From assembly GCA_951406725.2 (NCBI GenBank), contig OX597814.1:221526001-221590000 (forward strand): a DNA stretch of 64,000 bases, in the 5' to 3' direction. The notes beneath the pieces are model-generated. The model was not told the DNA's origin, ran no database searches, and saw only the letters and a list, made by a program, of their open reading frames with translations. Below are positions 44,613 through 57,682 of this stretch, piece after piece. The position numbers and the translations under genes are program-made. Positions within the stretch are counted from its first letter, which is position 1; every line of letters begins with the position of its first letter. Source of the stretch: Octopus vulgaris (taxonomy: Eukaryota).

Positions 44613-45755
44613 ATTAAAATAGCTAATGAGCGTAGGAAATGGTTTTGTCAGTCACTCAAGAAAGCAGACTAACAACACATTTTGAAATTTGGCCATAATC
44701 TCGGCCTGAAAATGTTCTGAGACAGCTGAGTTCATCTTTATTGAATTCTGATTTGCTTCGGAGGCTAGGAAAAAAATTGTATATGATGGCTAAATCGATT
44801 TAACCGACCTCAGTATGTCACTGGTAATTGTTTTATAAAATATCAGTTGCATTAAATACTCAATTTGATTTCTATCTTTGACATAAGATTAAATTTTGGG
44901 TAGAGGTTGTTGTTTGTTAAATTGATTTTTGTACCTGACTAATATCTATTGTATTCACCTTTGCTTATCGTACTTATTCTATCGATTCCTGAGGGTATTT
45001 ATTGTATCGATTCTTGTAATAATTTTTATGCATTCCTTACAATAGGAGCACTGCGGAACATTAAGAACAATAAAAAGTTATAGTTTTTGTTGCTGTTGTT
45101 GTTGACGATGATGATGATGATGATTATGTTGATGATGATGGTGGTGATGATGATGATGATGATTTATAATCATCAAAGTTGTCATCTCCTAGCCAACTCT
45201 TTCGCCATTTACCTCATCATTAACGTCATTATCATCATTGAAACAAAAGAATGACTGAAATGATTTTAGATTAAGCGACGCAGAAATAAATTTTGACCGG
45301 CAACAATCACAACAACAGCAACGAAAACATTAGCGACATTAACAACAATATGAACGATACAGACATCATTCAGTAACGAAATATTGCTTCTCAACCAACA
45401 TTACAAACCAATGCTGTCACTTATTTATACAACAGATTTAATTTATAACAGCGCTGTGCGAATCACAAGGAGAAGGTAAAACCGCTGTTGATGTTGAATC
45501 TGATAAAAGTGAGGATAGTGGAGTAGCTGGGAATTTGTAAATTATAAATAACGATAATAAGAATAATTGTTTCTACCGGAACCACAGGCCGGAAATATCA
45601 AGAGAGGGTTAGCCAATTAAATCAACTCTAGTACTTGACATTTTATCGAAACCCAAAATTATGAAACGGAAGGTTGACGTCCGCGGATCTTGGAATCAGA
45701 AGGCAAAGATCCAGAAGAAATATTACAAAGCATTCTAATGACCCCGCCCATCCTC

Positions 45756-45917
<162 letters not shown>

Positions 45918-45957
45918 TATTATTATTATTATTATAATTATAATTATAATTATAATA

Positions 45958-46312
45958 ATACCCGCAGATGACAACGTGTCTCTAAAAGAAATGGAGAAAC
46001 TTTCAAAATACAAAGACCTGGAAATAGAGGTAACCAGAATGTGGAATCTAAAAACAGAAACAATTCCTATCATAGTAGGTGCATTAGGCATGATAAAAAA
46101 ATATTCAGACAAATACATAACAGATACACCAGGACTTACAAACACATATAACATACATAAAATTGTACTAGTGGGCACTGCACACATCCTACGGAAAACA
46201 CTTTCAATACAATAACCATCAGAGCATCACAACAAATCACAGCACATACCCAAGGCACACAGAGCTGCGCTCGGTAGTGAAGTGAAAGCACGCTATAAAA
46301 ATAAAACTCCTG
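45958..46312 (+). mobile_element. R4/Dong lineage B 3' fragment
   Basis: IPADDNVSLKEMEKLSKYKDLEIEVTRMW..GTAHILRKTLSIQ* plus lineage B 3' UTR; within (AAT)n. Confidence 0.9.
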
Positions 46313-46384
46313 AATAATAATAATGATGATAATAATAACGGTGATGACAATGGAAATAGAAAAGAGTGAGAAATACTAACCACA

Positions 46385-46672
46385 GCGGGACGAGACAGGT
46401 AATTTATGGGGCATGAAGAAAGTAATGGTGATACCGGTGGCAATTGGAGCATTAGGAGCAGTTTCCAACAGGTTTGAAAAACGTATTAAGAATATTAGAG
46501 CTGCTGTCAGGCTCGAGGTGATCCAGAAGACAGCAGTGTTGGATACAGCTCGCATTCTAAGGAGAGTATCGTCTCTTTGAGTCTCAGGAGAAGGCACTAC
46601 TTGAAACCTTTGGGGATTTGGTATTGCCTGCTTTCAAGTAAAGAACAGCCGCCAATAGAACAGCGAGAATCA
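46385..46672 (+). mobile_element. R4/Dong 3' fragment (C-related lineage)
   Basis: LWGMKKVMVIPVAIGALGAVS..IQKTAVLDTARILRRV, followed by compound trinucleotide repeats. Confidence 0.78.
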
Positions 46673-46710
46673 AAACAACAACAACAACACTACTACTGCT
46701 GCTGCTGCTG

Positions 46711-46772
<62 letters not shown>

Positions 46773-46791
46773 GCTGCTGCTACTGCTGCTG

Positions 46792-46862
<71 letters not shown>

Positions 46863-46863
<1 letters not shown>

Positions 46864-46967
46864 GGGGGAACCAAGATCATAGATATTGTCATATCGCGTA
46901 GATGATAAAGAGCTGGAAAAGATGGCGAAATATGGACTAGTAAAAGACGAAATTGCAAGAATGTGGT
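46863..46967 (+). mobile_element. Short R4-like RLE fragment
   Basis: KIIDIVI/DDKELEKMAKYGLVKDEIARMW after (AAT)n. Confidence 0.6.
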
Positions 46968-47377
46968 AATCGGGGTGTGAGTCTATGTGTATATTTGAGT
47001 TTAGAGGAGATGGAGAGAGAGAGAGGAAGAGCTGTGTTGGGAGAGCCCCTAGCTGGTGTGTGTGACCGTTATTATTATTCTTTCTACTGTTGAAAATGGT
47101 GGTGATGTATCTGCTCCTGGAATGCAGAATTCTGCGAAATGCCGAGAACAACCGAAGCATACGCGATGCAATGACTAGCTGCAGAAATTCGTGCTTCTGT
47201 AAGTTCTGGCTCTCGAGTCATTGCCCCGCTAGCTAGATGTTTCGAAGAGCACCCCTCGTGAACTGGAATACGGAAGATTCATATCAGCTCATCCGCACGA
47301 CGTCATCATCTCGGAAATTGTAGTGATGGGCACTACCCTAAGGGAGTACAACGCGGTGACAGGAGATTAACCAGTCT

Positions 47378-47445
<68 letters not shown>
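47378..47445. repeat. (GA)n microsatellite
   Basis: Direct tandem repeat. Confidence 0.95.
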
Positions 47446-47446
<1 letters not shown>

Positions 47447-47731
47447 CAAGTCAACGCCCCTGTAACACCATGCAAGTTCTCAAGTCCTCTAAACCAGCAC
47501 TATTTCCAAAATTGATAATATCCCTCTGATTCGAGGATTTCAATCTTTCCAATCGCGTATTGAAGTAGACATTTATGCTAATGGTGGAGTCATTGAATAG
47601 GTGTGATGAAAAAATTCTCAAGATTATTTGTGGCAATGTCTTCCAAATACAGCTTTTCTTCCATGAGCTCTGTTTTTTTATCTAAATTCAAACAAATGAT
47701 CTCAAAATGCTTACGCACCCTCCCTCTCTTC

Positions 47732-47815
<84 letters not shown>

Positions 47816-47820
47816 GTCTG
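47732..47820. repeat. (TATC)n microsatellite
   Basis: Direct tandem repeat. Confidence 0.96.
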
Positions 47821-48744
47821 TTATATCTAGATTAACGACGATACGTTCGATGGTCTGCTGCACAGCACCTGCAGAGGTAAGTCGATGCCACCTGGCAGCA
47901 TCTTAAGGCATTAGACGGAAGGACCGATTAAGTGCCTCGGGGTTTGGCTTGACGGGAGATAACGAGTAGGGTACCTAGTCTCACCCAGAAATCGAGCAAT
48001 AAGAAGCAAATGCGTACATTGCATCCGTTATTTAATACCACCTTACTGTCGTCTCTTACTCTGCTTCAATTGTAATCAAGCTGGAACGTTTACACTTCCT
48101 ATGCCTGTGGAAGGGATAAGTTGTACTTGCCAGGCAGTCCATTTGCTGATAGGAGCCAAAGAATGGTGGACTGTGTATGTCTTGGCTAATGATGCGCAGA
48201 CATACACTGACTCTGCGACATCTCCAGCGTTTCCCCGACAATGAGCAATCTGCTTGTGTCTAGTAGCTGTGTCTGGTAGCTGTGGCAGCCTTGTTTTGGC
48301 CGGGGTGTGCACACAATTTTCCTGTGTCTGGTAGCTGTAACAAAAGAGGTAGTGTGGCGGATGAGGTTGAAAGCACTAAAGACAGACACTTTGCTCTTCT
48401 ACTTGAATAGAAAATATGGGTGGGAAGCCAGTATTTTTATTGAAAGTTGGATGAATGAGGCGAGGTTGTCCACTATAAATGGGCTTTTTGGCCGAGGGTA
48501 TTGAGAAAAGGCGCGAGCGCGCCTGAGACCCACTTAGTGTTCGGCGTATCCAGGATAAGTGGGTTATTTGGTTACTCCTGGGTGCAGCTTGCTTGCCTTT
48601 ATGGAAATTTATTGTTTGAATTTTTTTACTGCTAATCGTTACTTTTTTTTAACTGTTTACAAGTATTAGATGTAAATCCCCATTGACCTTTGTATTGCAA
48701 GACGTGTGATCAATAAAGAAAGAATTAATATTATCATGATTATT

Positions 48745-49920
48745 TTAAACTTTAATCTGCATGTTTGTTACAATCACTCGCCGAGCCACACCCAGTGTCC
48801 TAGGGCGAGTGAAAGATAAGAGATGTTACAATATGACTGAAAGCTTGGGGAAGGGATGTGGCAGGGACAGTAGCGAAATACCTTCATGTAATACAACACA
48901 GACATTTAAATGGATAATAGTTTTCTAAGGATGTGGGCAGTACTTGTCAGCACAATTTCTTGGATTTCTCTGAGACATGATTCTCTTGGGATCTTATCTC
49001 TATGTTGTTAACATCCCTTTTTTATTATTTCCAAAGCACCCCCAATAAAAGAACAGTTCTGGCTTTAAGATGCCACATCTATTCTATTTCAATTTCCAGA
49101 TCCTTATATTTACTTAGTTTGTCAAATCCCTTTACAGATATAATTTTATCAGTGGGAACATTTACATCTATTAGTCTACAAGTATTTTATTCCCCGTCTT
49201 TGATAATTATGTCTGGTCGATTAGCCTGCATCGTTCTGTCGGTGTTGACTGGGAAATCCCAGAGGATAACGACATTTTTACCTTCAACGACTGACGCAGT
49301 AAGCAGGAGTACTGATTTTGTAGTGTTTACATATTTTCCAGTGTAAATACTGTCCTACCCTATCGTGGTGGTTTTTGTTATCATTTGTTATCGAGACTAG
49401 ATGGTTGATTGTTTCGTCAAATATGTCGCAGAATCTGCATTTAGTGTGAAAACCGTTTTGTAGAAAGTTAACCTGGTACTTTTTGTAAACAATCTTTGAT
49501 CGTGTGCCGCCAATATGAAACCTTCAGTCTCTCCTTCCAGTCCAGAACTTCTCTGCCACTGACGGGATGTTGCATGGTCTACATCAGCATTTCGACTTCG
49601 ACGTATTTACTATCCATGCTGAGGCTTCTGGCTCCACTTCTCCTCAACTTGTTTCTGCCCATTCATATTTACAGTCTGCTTGATCCGTTTTGCTTGTTTT
49701 GTGGCAGTGGTTACAGGTTCTACATTTAATTCAGGGTTAATGCCAAGTTCCCTTGTGAATTTGCAATCTTCCTTGACAATAGAATGGGATTTTTTGCTGC
49801 TTTCGTGTTTGCACACATGCCGCAGCATCTAGACTTATAGCTCAGTTCCCCTTGCACCATTCCTCTTCCCCCATTACTTCTAGGTAGGTACAGACGATCA
49901 ACGTCTGCTTTTTTTTCTTA
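48745..49920 (-). mobile_element. R4/Dong lineage E, decayed 3' ~1.2 kb
   Basis: Minus strand KADVDRLYLPR, KWSQKPQHG, CRFC, HHDRVG, ANRPDII, EIQEIVLTSTAHILRKLLSI*; degenerate AAT tail at ~48725-48745; (AAT)n upstream on the same strand. Confidence 0.85.
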
Positions 49921-50037
49921 GATGATAGTAGTTTATTTATCGTCCTGTCCAGTGCATGTTCTTAGATGTTAGTAACTTTTTTCTTCCTGTCCAGTTATTA
50001 TTATTATTATTATTATTATTGTTATTATTATTATTAT

Positions 50038-50069
<32 letters not shown>

Positions 50070-50095
50070 CTGTTGTTGTTGTTGTTGTTGTTATT

Positions 50096-50154
<59 letters not shown>

Positions 50155-50161
50155 TATTATT

Positions 50162-50612
50162 GAGTGAAAGAGCAGTTCATGTCATCAAAGTGGTACTGGG
50201 GTAAAATATACGAAGTCCAGTATACCCATCATGACTACCCGTCTGATAAGGAGACACCAGGCACATGCATCAGAACCATATGTGCACAACATGGTTATCT
50301 CATATCAAGATAAACAACGTATGACCTTTGAGCATCTCATCCCTCTCAAATGGTCCTTGAATAAGTGTTATTTAAGGATATTGAACGAAACACCCACGAT
50401 TCCAGAGATGAATTATTCAAACACCAAAGAATTCCACTCAGCACATGTCTATGATGCTACCCCACTACTTCTACTCATGATCAGTGATGCACATATTATC
50501 AGCCACCACAGGACATGCTCAACTGGTTATGGTCAAACAACTGACTAGCAAATCTGTGGTTTGAGCAGAATATTTGCTGCAGCCCATCATTTACACCAAG
50601 ACAAAACATTAT
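50162..50612 (-). mobile_element. Element X, reverse-strand copy
   Basis: Reverse complement of ~9120-9601 with the same end (CACTC) abutting AATAATAAT on its own strand. Confidence 0.78.
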
Positions 50613-51054
50613 TATATTTTTCATCATCATCATCATCATCATCATCGTCGTTGTCGTCGTCGTCGTCATCATCATCATCATTGTCAAGTTACAATTTGGC
50701 ATTATTAACTTACCAAATAACACTTCTCTTACCAACCTCTTAAGGAATTCTTTCTCTGACATTTTCTAGTATTGTTTTCCATAGTTCTGCAAACTCATTA
50801 AGAATCATTAATCTCTTTCTCCTTCATTTCTTTTCATTATAAACAGTTTACGTCCGCCTGAAAGCGCCGATGTCCTTCAGTTCATCTTTTTTTTCGATTC
50901 AATGATTCCAGCTTCTTACTTTTATTATACTGCCCTCAAATTGACTGATTGTATATTTAATTTCGATTTTAAAATTCTGTTATTTTTGAGGAAATATTCT
51001 GGTTTGGTGACTGTGTTCATTTCCATAATTTTTAATTTGATCTTCTACCTATAA

Positions 51055-51450
51055 AGGTGTGTCGTTAAGAAGCCTGCTTCATGATTATTTGCTTTCGGGT
51101 TCGGTCCAGCTTGGGGCCGATTTAAGTGTTGCGAGTGAACTTGATAGAAGGAGAGACTACAAAAAGCTGTTTACTCACTCTCTCTCTCTCTCTTTCTCTC
51201 TCCCTCTCTTTCTCTCACGCTCTCTTTCTCCCTCTCGTTCTCTCACACATACACACACATACACATCACACATACCACACACACCACACACACGCACTCA
51301 TGCACTCACATATACGTGTGTGTGTGTGAGTGTGGTGGGGTTGAGTATTTTGCTTTGTGTTTTTACTCAATGTTGGTTTATGTTCCTGCAACTTGGCGGT
51401 TCGGCAAATAATTTGCGGGCAGAATAAGTATAAGACTAAAATAAAAAACA
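51055..51450 (+). mobile_element. Diverged CORE-type SINE with internal microsatellite
   Basis: GGTTCGGTCC B-box-like motif; 3' GCGGTTCGGCAAA..AGAATAAGTA matching the 59626 family. Confidence 0.5.
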
Positions 51451-52359
51451 AAAACAAACTAAAATGCTTGGTTCGATCTGAACTGCTTAACCCTTCAAGT
51501 CATTATCTCAGGGTAGCTACAGCCCATCGACTGAAATAATTTAAAAGGAGAAAAAAATATTTATATAAATAATGAAAGAAAAATATATTGAGATATGTAT
51601 ACACTTCTTCTGCATCTATAGATTTGACATTCCCACCATTACGGAGAATATTTCATCACATATCTATATGATTGTTGTGACCCGCACTATCTTCATCATA
51701 ACACATTTTTTTAAATATCGAATATCATACCATTCCCATGTGGTTGAGGTTAGCATTAGGAAAAGAACAGAAGGACAGAGGGGGTTGAGGTGTGTCAAAT
51801 TAGAAAAAAAAGAACAATCCAGGTTACTACTTGAAAGAGAGAGAATTCCCTTTTAGGAAGTTGGTTAGAGAAGGCGATGTACAGAGGTAGTAGACAAGAA
51901 AGGGAGGCAAAAATACAAACACACACACACACACACACACAAAAGCATAAAAAATAGAAAAAAACATCAAGAGAGCCCTATTCAAAAGAGATAGCAATAG
52001 ATAAGGGATGACAAGGGCAGCTGGCTTTGTTGAAGGAATATTGAAAATGAGTGAGGGATTAAGTTTATCTTTACCAAAACGGGCTCAGAGTAAAAATCAG
52101 ATTTAATGAAGAATGGGATGAGCAAGGAAAAAGATGTGAGTGCAGATTATATTGTATTACATTGTCCACAGCTAGCTGAAAATATACAGAAAAACGTAAA
52201 GATGATAAAATTAATGCGATAATTCATTGCATTATGCACAAATAAAAGTGCCTTATTCTTTTCTTGGAAGCATGACTATATGCCTCATTTAGTATCACGT
52301 GTGTAGCTAAAGGGGAATAACTAGGGAGTTGTCTTGTAGCATTTGGGATCATTAAAACC

Positions 52360-52690
52360 TAGAGTAAAGTCCTCCGTCTGTCATGAATGACCATGAGGTT
52401 GCACCTAGAAAGTTGTCCTCCCAGGCACAAGTCCGGGCAAGGTTGTTTATGGAAAACTAGAAATCGTCCATGCATACCAGTCTCCCTCTCCACGCCATTG
52501 ATCTTATCCAAGGCAAAAGCAAACGCCGATGCAGCTTGGCACCAGTAACATCGCAAACCGTTTCTACAGCTGAGTGAAGTGGAGCAACGTAAAATATAGC
52601 GCCTTGCCCAAGAACTAAATACACAGGCCGGTCCAGAAATCGAACTCATTACATCATGATTGTGAACCTGATGCTCTAGCCTCTGAGCCA
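52360..52690 (-). mobile_element. tRNA-derived CORE-SINE (second family)
   Basis: Head TGGCTCAGAGGCTAGAGC (A box) and GAGTTCGATTTC (B box), then CTTGGGCAAG..CACTCAGCTGT. Confidence 0.7.
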
Positions 52691-52789
52691 TAATAATCTC
52701 CCACCAAAGCACAATTTGTTGTTGTTTGTTATTTTCATGCTCACATGCACGTAGATTGATAATTCTACGGTAGAAATACGTGCCAGTAT

Positions 52790-53260
52790 CACTAGCCATG
52801 ATTGTAATCTTTCTGAGATCCATCTATTATTGTGCTAATCTATAGGCAATAGGTTAATGCACAAGGTCAAATTGTTTTCTCACCTTCTTTCCGTATTAGA
52901 CGTATGACACATACTTTGTATATATCCTACGCTGTTCCACGAAGCATTCGACCAGCAACAAAACAGAATGCCTCCTCTGGATACTCCACCACAAGCGTGT
53001 GGCGTCCTCTTTAATAGTTTCACGAACAAACGTATGCCACCTTTCCCTGCTTTTTCCTATGTAAATACTCCTTGCAGGTAAGCACTGTCTTTTTAAACAT
53101 ATCCCACTCATTCATTCGCCATTTCGTTGAGCAGTCTGAAGTCAAATTGTTCATCTTGACCCAGAACATTAGCAAATTAGTGGATGTTAAAGTTCTTGTT
53201 GCTATTGAATAATAATGCTTTCCCCACTGCATAATTATTGCTAGTTAGCTTCTATCGTTA
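52790..53260 (-). mobile_element. Ancient R4-like CCHC/RLE remnant (tentative)
   Basis: SIATRTLTSTNL, VLTCKEYLHRK, KQFDLV resembling AAQDQ.L.TN, LA..EYL.RH and RPDIV. Confidence 0.4.
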
Positions 53261-54309
53261 AATGCCGTAACATTACCTTAACGCTTTAAATATCTAAGAT
53301 ATGCTATTATTAATACAATTATCTCTACAAGTAAATGCAGTAATATTTGCATGTACAATATGTTTCAATCACTTCCAGTAGTACATAATACCATAATGCA
53401 ATCATATAGCGAGCCAAAATGAATGAAATCACCCCCTAGCCATTAAGCCACTGATGTTTAAACGTTAAAATGCTCCTTACATCGTTTGTTTACTTTCTTT
53501 TCAGCAAACACAGTCTTATTGAATTGTTCTCGGCAGTGACCTTACTGCAAGCTAAGTATGTAATGTTTCTGAATATTTTTAAATTGATAAGATAAAAAAA
53601 AAAAGAAGTACCTGCATCATAGGTCAGAGAGAAGAAAATTATTACACATAGTTTAGAAATTAAAGTTCTGATTTGGAATTTAGCTCGTTATTATATTGAT
53701 GTCAAAGAATAGGACGCTTTTATGAGAATCGGAGATCAAACAGATCGAAACATAATGTAAGTGTTAATATTGAAGCGGTTAACTTCTCTAAAGATCTAAA
53801 GATAATACTTATAGTCGTGTGAATTTTACAGTTGTTTGGATTTGTATGTAGATAGCGATGGCATATCTAAATAATATATATATGTATATGTGTGTGTATA
53901 CACATACTTACATACATGGATTTATATATACATAAACGCATACATACATACTTACAGGCATACATACAAACAGACATATATACATATATATAGAAAATTT
54001 GAATTGAGAGAATCCAATGAAATTCATAGCAAAGCAAGCGCCTTATTTGGAACTGGCTTTCTGTTTACGGAGTAATCAATCTCTATATTATATTGTAATG
54101 TATTGTATCAGCGTCACTGAAAACCCAAAAACCCAAACACTAAATTTTTCCGCAAGTAGTCAATAAATCATAAAGTTAGGATGATATGTAAGATGTGATT
54201 ATAAATATATTTATTCCATTTGATGTCCACCTTATTACGGCAGTGTTGAAACTCTCATCATTAGGGTTATTAATTTCAGTGTGCAAAGTTATACGTAAAT
54301 GTTTACCGC

Positions 54310-54745
54310 AAAGCTGCTAGCTGGCAGAGTCGTTACCGCACGGGCAAGATACTTTGCGATATTTTGTCTGTCTTTACGTTCTATGTTCAAATCCCACCGA
54401 TATCGACTTTGCCTTTCAAGTTTTCGAGCCGATAAAATAAGTGGCGTTTTTAGCACTGAGGTCGTTGTAATCTTCATATCTCCACCCAAGAAATTGCTTG
54501 CCTTTTGCCAAAATTTGAAACCAGTATGTATGCCAACATTATACAATTCAACTGAGTATGCATGAAGCTAACTCTTCGGATCTCGTGATCATCATAGGTA
54601 CAGCTAGGATTCAACAGAGCAAGTGGCAGAGTCGTTAGAGTGTCGAACACTTTAATTTGCACAAATAGTTTCGAATCTCTCTCACTCTCTGTTATCAGTT
54701 CCGTTCTCGCGTTAACTTTGCCTTTCATCCTTTCGAGGTTTATGA
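54310..54745 (+). mobile_element. Two Nin/Deu-like SINE copies
   Basis: AGCTGGCAGAGTCGTTA head, GTTCAAATCCC B box, GCCTTTCA core (54310-54523 and 54615-54745). Confidence 0.68.
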
Positions 54746-54929
54746 ATTAGTACAAGACATGCAGTTTTTCTGTCTCTTATTTTTTTTTATATGTGTCTGT
54801 TTGTTTCACTTTCTGTGGTTTTAAATCTAGAGTAGAATGGGCTCTGCAGGTTTACAATAATGCCCATGACTCGCCGTACTTCTGTTCCGCGCTTATAGGA
54901 ATACATCGGAGAGTTGACGGAAAAAGAGT

Positions 54930-55460
54930 AGAGCCTCCTTGTCAGTAGCAATGGATATTTTATGTTCAGGCATTTGAGTGACCATTGTCCAACAGGGAAT
55001 ATAATCCTTCGTCCTGTGTGTTATCGTTGGCCACTTGTCAACTTCATATAACATTAAAATCTGGGGTAAAGATGACAGCCCCTCTTTGAAAGAGTGTAGA
55101 GTTTGCACATTGAACTACATTTTTACACGTTGCCCTAAGACACTAGGAGAAAGCGAGTACAAGTGGAAGCACGAAAAGACCCTTACGGAAATTGTTCAAG
55201 TTACGAACCGATAAGAGAATTAAGGCTACCAAGTAATAGACTCCACCAACCAATGTTATCAAATTCCTAAGAAGACATTTAAAAGAAAATGATAGGTACT
55301 TTAATGTAAATCCAGCAGAAGGATTCAGTTCTTATTCATCATTAATCCTCAGACAGAGAGACGCAAGTGGATCGGATGAGCAGGCGCATTTTCCCGAAAA
55401 ATGGTGGTAACATCGATCCGATCAGATATCATCGTGGTCGAAAACTCAGTGCCAAGGTGG
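54930..55460 (+). mobile_element. HERO-like RLE non-LTR retrotransposon fragment
   Basis: SFVLCVIVGHLSTSYNIKIWGKDDSPS..TLNYIFTRCPKTLGESEYKWKHEKTL and HFPE/TSIRSDII, resembling SFL...YD.LP...NL..WG...P.C..HIL..C..AL..GRY.WRHD.VL and TTLRPDI. Confidence 0.65.
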
Positions 55461-56457
55461 ATAAGTTTGATATTTATCACCAACTGCAGAAATCCACCAT
55501 GAAGATAACTGTGGCATCTGCCAACATTTTAAGGGGATTGTAACTGACAAATGACCACGGATAAAGACATTCTGCGGTCGAAAGTTAATTCAGTCCTCAC
55601 TGCCCCTCCAAGGCGAAGCGTACAGTTTAAGTAATGAAATGCTTATGATTCTTAGACATCGCTTGAGGACACAAAAATGTTTCCATCATTGTGATAGCCT
55701 TTTCGCTATTAGGAGAAAAGCTTGCAACATCTGTAAGCGGTTCCTGCATTTTCTACATGCATCAAAGCATCTCCCATGTTCATTTAATCTAAATACGTAA
55801 ATAAGATATGTATGTATAATGTATGTATGTGCATATATGTGTGTGTGTGTGTGAGAGAGAGGGAGAGAGACAAAGACAGACAGAGATAGTTTGTAGCCAG
55901 GTTACCACTTTACGTTACCTCATGCACACTGCTTTAGGTATTATGCTGGTGGAGGAAGAGGCGATTGTAATACAGATCCCGAATTACGACGAAAATTAAA
56001 TCTTATTATATTTGTTGGTGGCTGATGAATGAATGCAATTACAAAATGGATATAATTACATCCATTGATAAACTACCTCATTATACTCACATGTAAACAC
56101 ATATTAACGTATAAATGTGTGTGTGTGTGTCTGTGTTTGTGTGTGTCTGTGTGCGTCCGTACGTGCGCTCTTTTTACATGTATGTGTGTACTGGGAAGAG
56201 TATATGCCTTAGATGAATTAAAAATATGCATTATGCTGATGGACCAAAATCTGATTGTGATCCAGAATCAGGAAAATCAAATCATGATGCAATGTATCTG
56301 CGGACGTACGATGAATAAATGCAATTAGAACAGGAATATGATTACACGCACTGATAAAAAGAATTGATGTCTTGTGGAAATAAATAGTAACTGGTGACAT
56401 TGTGAAGTTGTGATATTCACACTGGACCTGAGTATGTTATTTATATTAATTTAAATA

Positions 56458-56800
56458 AAGGCAACGAGCTGGTAGAATCGTTAGCACGCATTTTATCCGT
56501 CTTTACGTCCTAAGTTCAAATTCCGCCCTAGGTCGAGTTTGCTTTTCATCCCTTCGGGAGTCGATGAAATGAGTACCAGTTGATTACCGGAGGCTATATG
56601 TAATCGAGTGGTCCCTTTCCCCGAAATTGTTGGCTTTGTGCCAAAATTTGAAATTTGTATTAATTTAAATACACGCCGGGCAAAATGTGTACCGTCATAT
56701 CGTCCGTTGTTGCGGAAGTACCAGTTGATTACTGGTGTCGATGTAATCGATTTAACACCGCTCCCGAAATTGCTGGCCGTTTGCCAAAATTTGAAATCAA
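56458..56800 (+). mobile_element. Two head-to-tail Nin/Deu-like SINEs sharing a target sequence
   Basis: TATTAATTTAA(ATA) at 56444, 56658 and 56801 brackets a near-full copy and a deleted copy. Confidence 0.78.
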
Positions 56801-57602
56801 TATTAATTTAAGTAGTTCAATACAGAAATATAAACGGAGTGTATGTCGAAGTTCATCAACAACTTACGAGTGCATCATAGCACCATATCATTATAGTATT
56901 TGCCAATTAGGATGCACCTCATAATATGATGCAATTAAGTAATAACGATTAATTTTACTCTTTTTCTTTTAGTAATTTCCACAAATGAAGGAACAGCTAA
57001 GATAATCTTACAAATAAGAATAATTAAATCAGGAAGTATTCATTGCTGCACAGTCACAGACATAGTTTCTGTAGACAAACTGAATTAATTATAGCTGAAA
57101 ACTCTCTTAAAACATCTAATTGCAATATAACGTGATCAATCTATTGCCATTGCAACACGTAGTTAGTCGCTAGAATACAAGTCTAAACAGTAAATGTTGA
57201 ATATTTTCATTTCCTGCCATCACTAATGTAAAAGAAATATTCTGTAGAATGAAATAGCAGTTATGAATAATTTACAATAAAAATATGAAAAAATATTACA
57301 TTAACTTGTATTTTTTTACACGCTAGATTGCTGAAGAGAAAATTAATATCACTTACATTCGTAAAAGTAGCACAAAGTAGCCAACGGAGAGAGGAGTCTC
57401 AATGCGATCACTTTGGATTTTAGATATAACATCCGAACGTTATCGTCTTCTGATATTTAAGCCAGTACATGCGATGCTAAAAATGAGAGCCATAAATTGA
57501 TGAAAGGTAATACATAACATGTATAAAGCCTTCCAACTGTCTCTCGTGAAAATGAGAGATTTGTACATCTCATTTCTAATTGCATTCACACACACACAAC
57601 TC

Positions 57603-57605
<3 letters not shown>

Positions 57606-57681
<76 letters not shown>

Positions 57682-57682
57682 G
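57606..57682. repeat. (TG)n microsatellite
   Basis: Direct tandem repeat. Confidence 0.96.

Noticed and set aside
47451-47720. hAT dimerisation-domain remnant on the minus strand
   Set aside because: The LKSSNQR..LEDLRTCM resemblance is too weak to call.
47461-48830. TGTAACA...TGTTACA as solo-LTR termini
   Set aside because: No TSD, and the right-hand motif lies inside the lineage E 3' UTR (matches 20735-20780).
52620-52690. tRNA gene
   Set aside because: The tRNA-like head continues into a CORE-type body, so it is a SINE head; the same applies to the other A/B-box hits.
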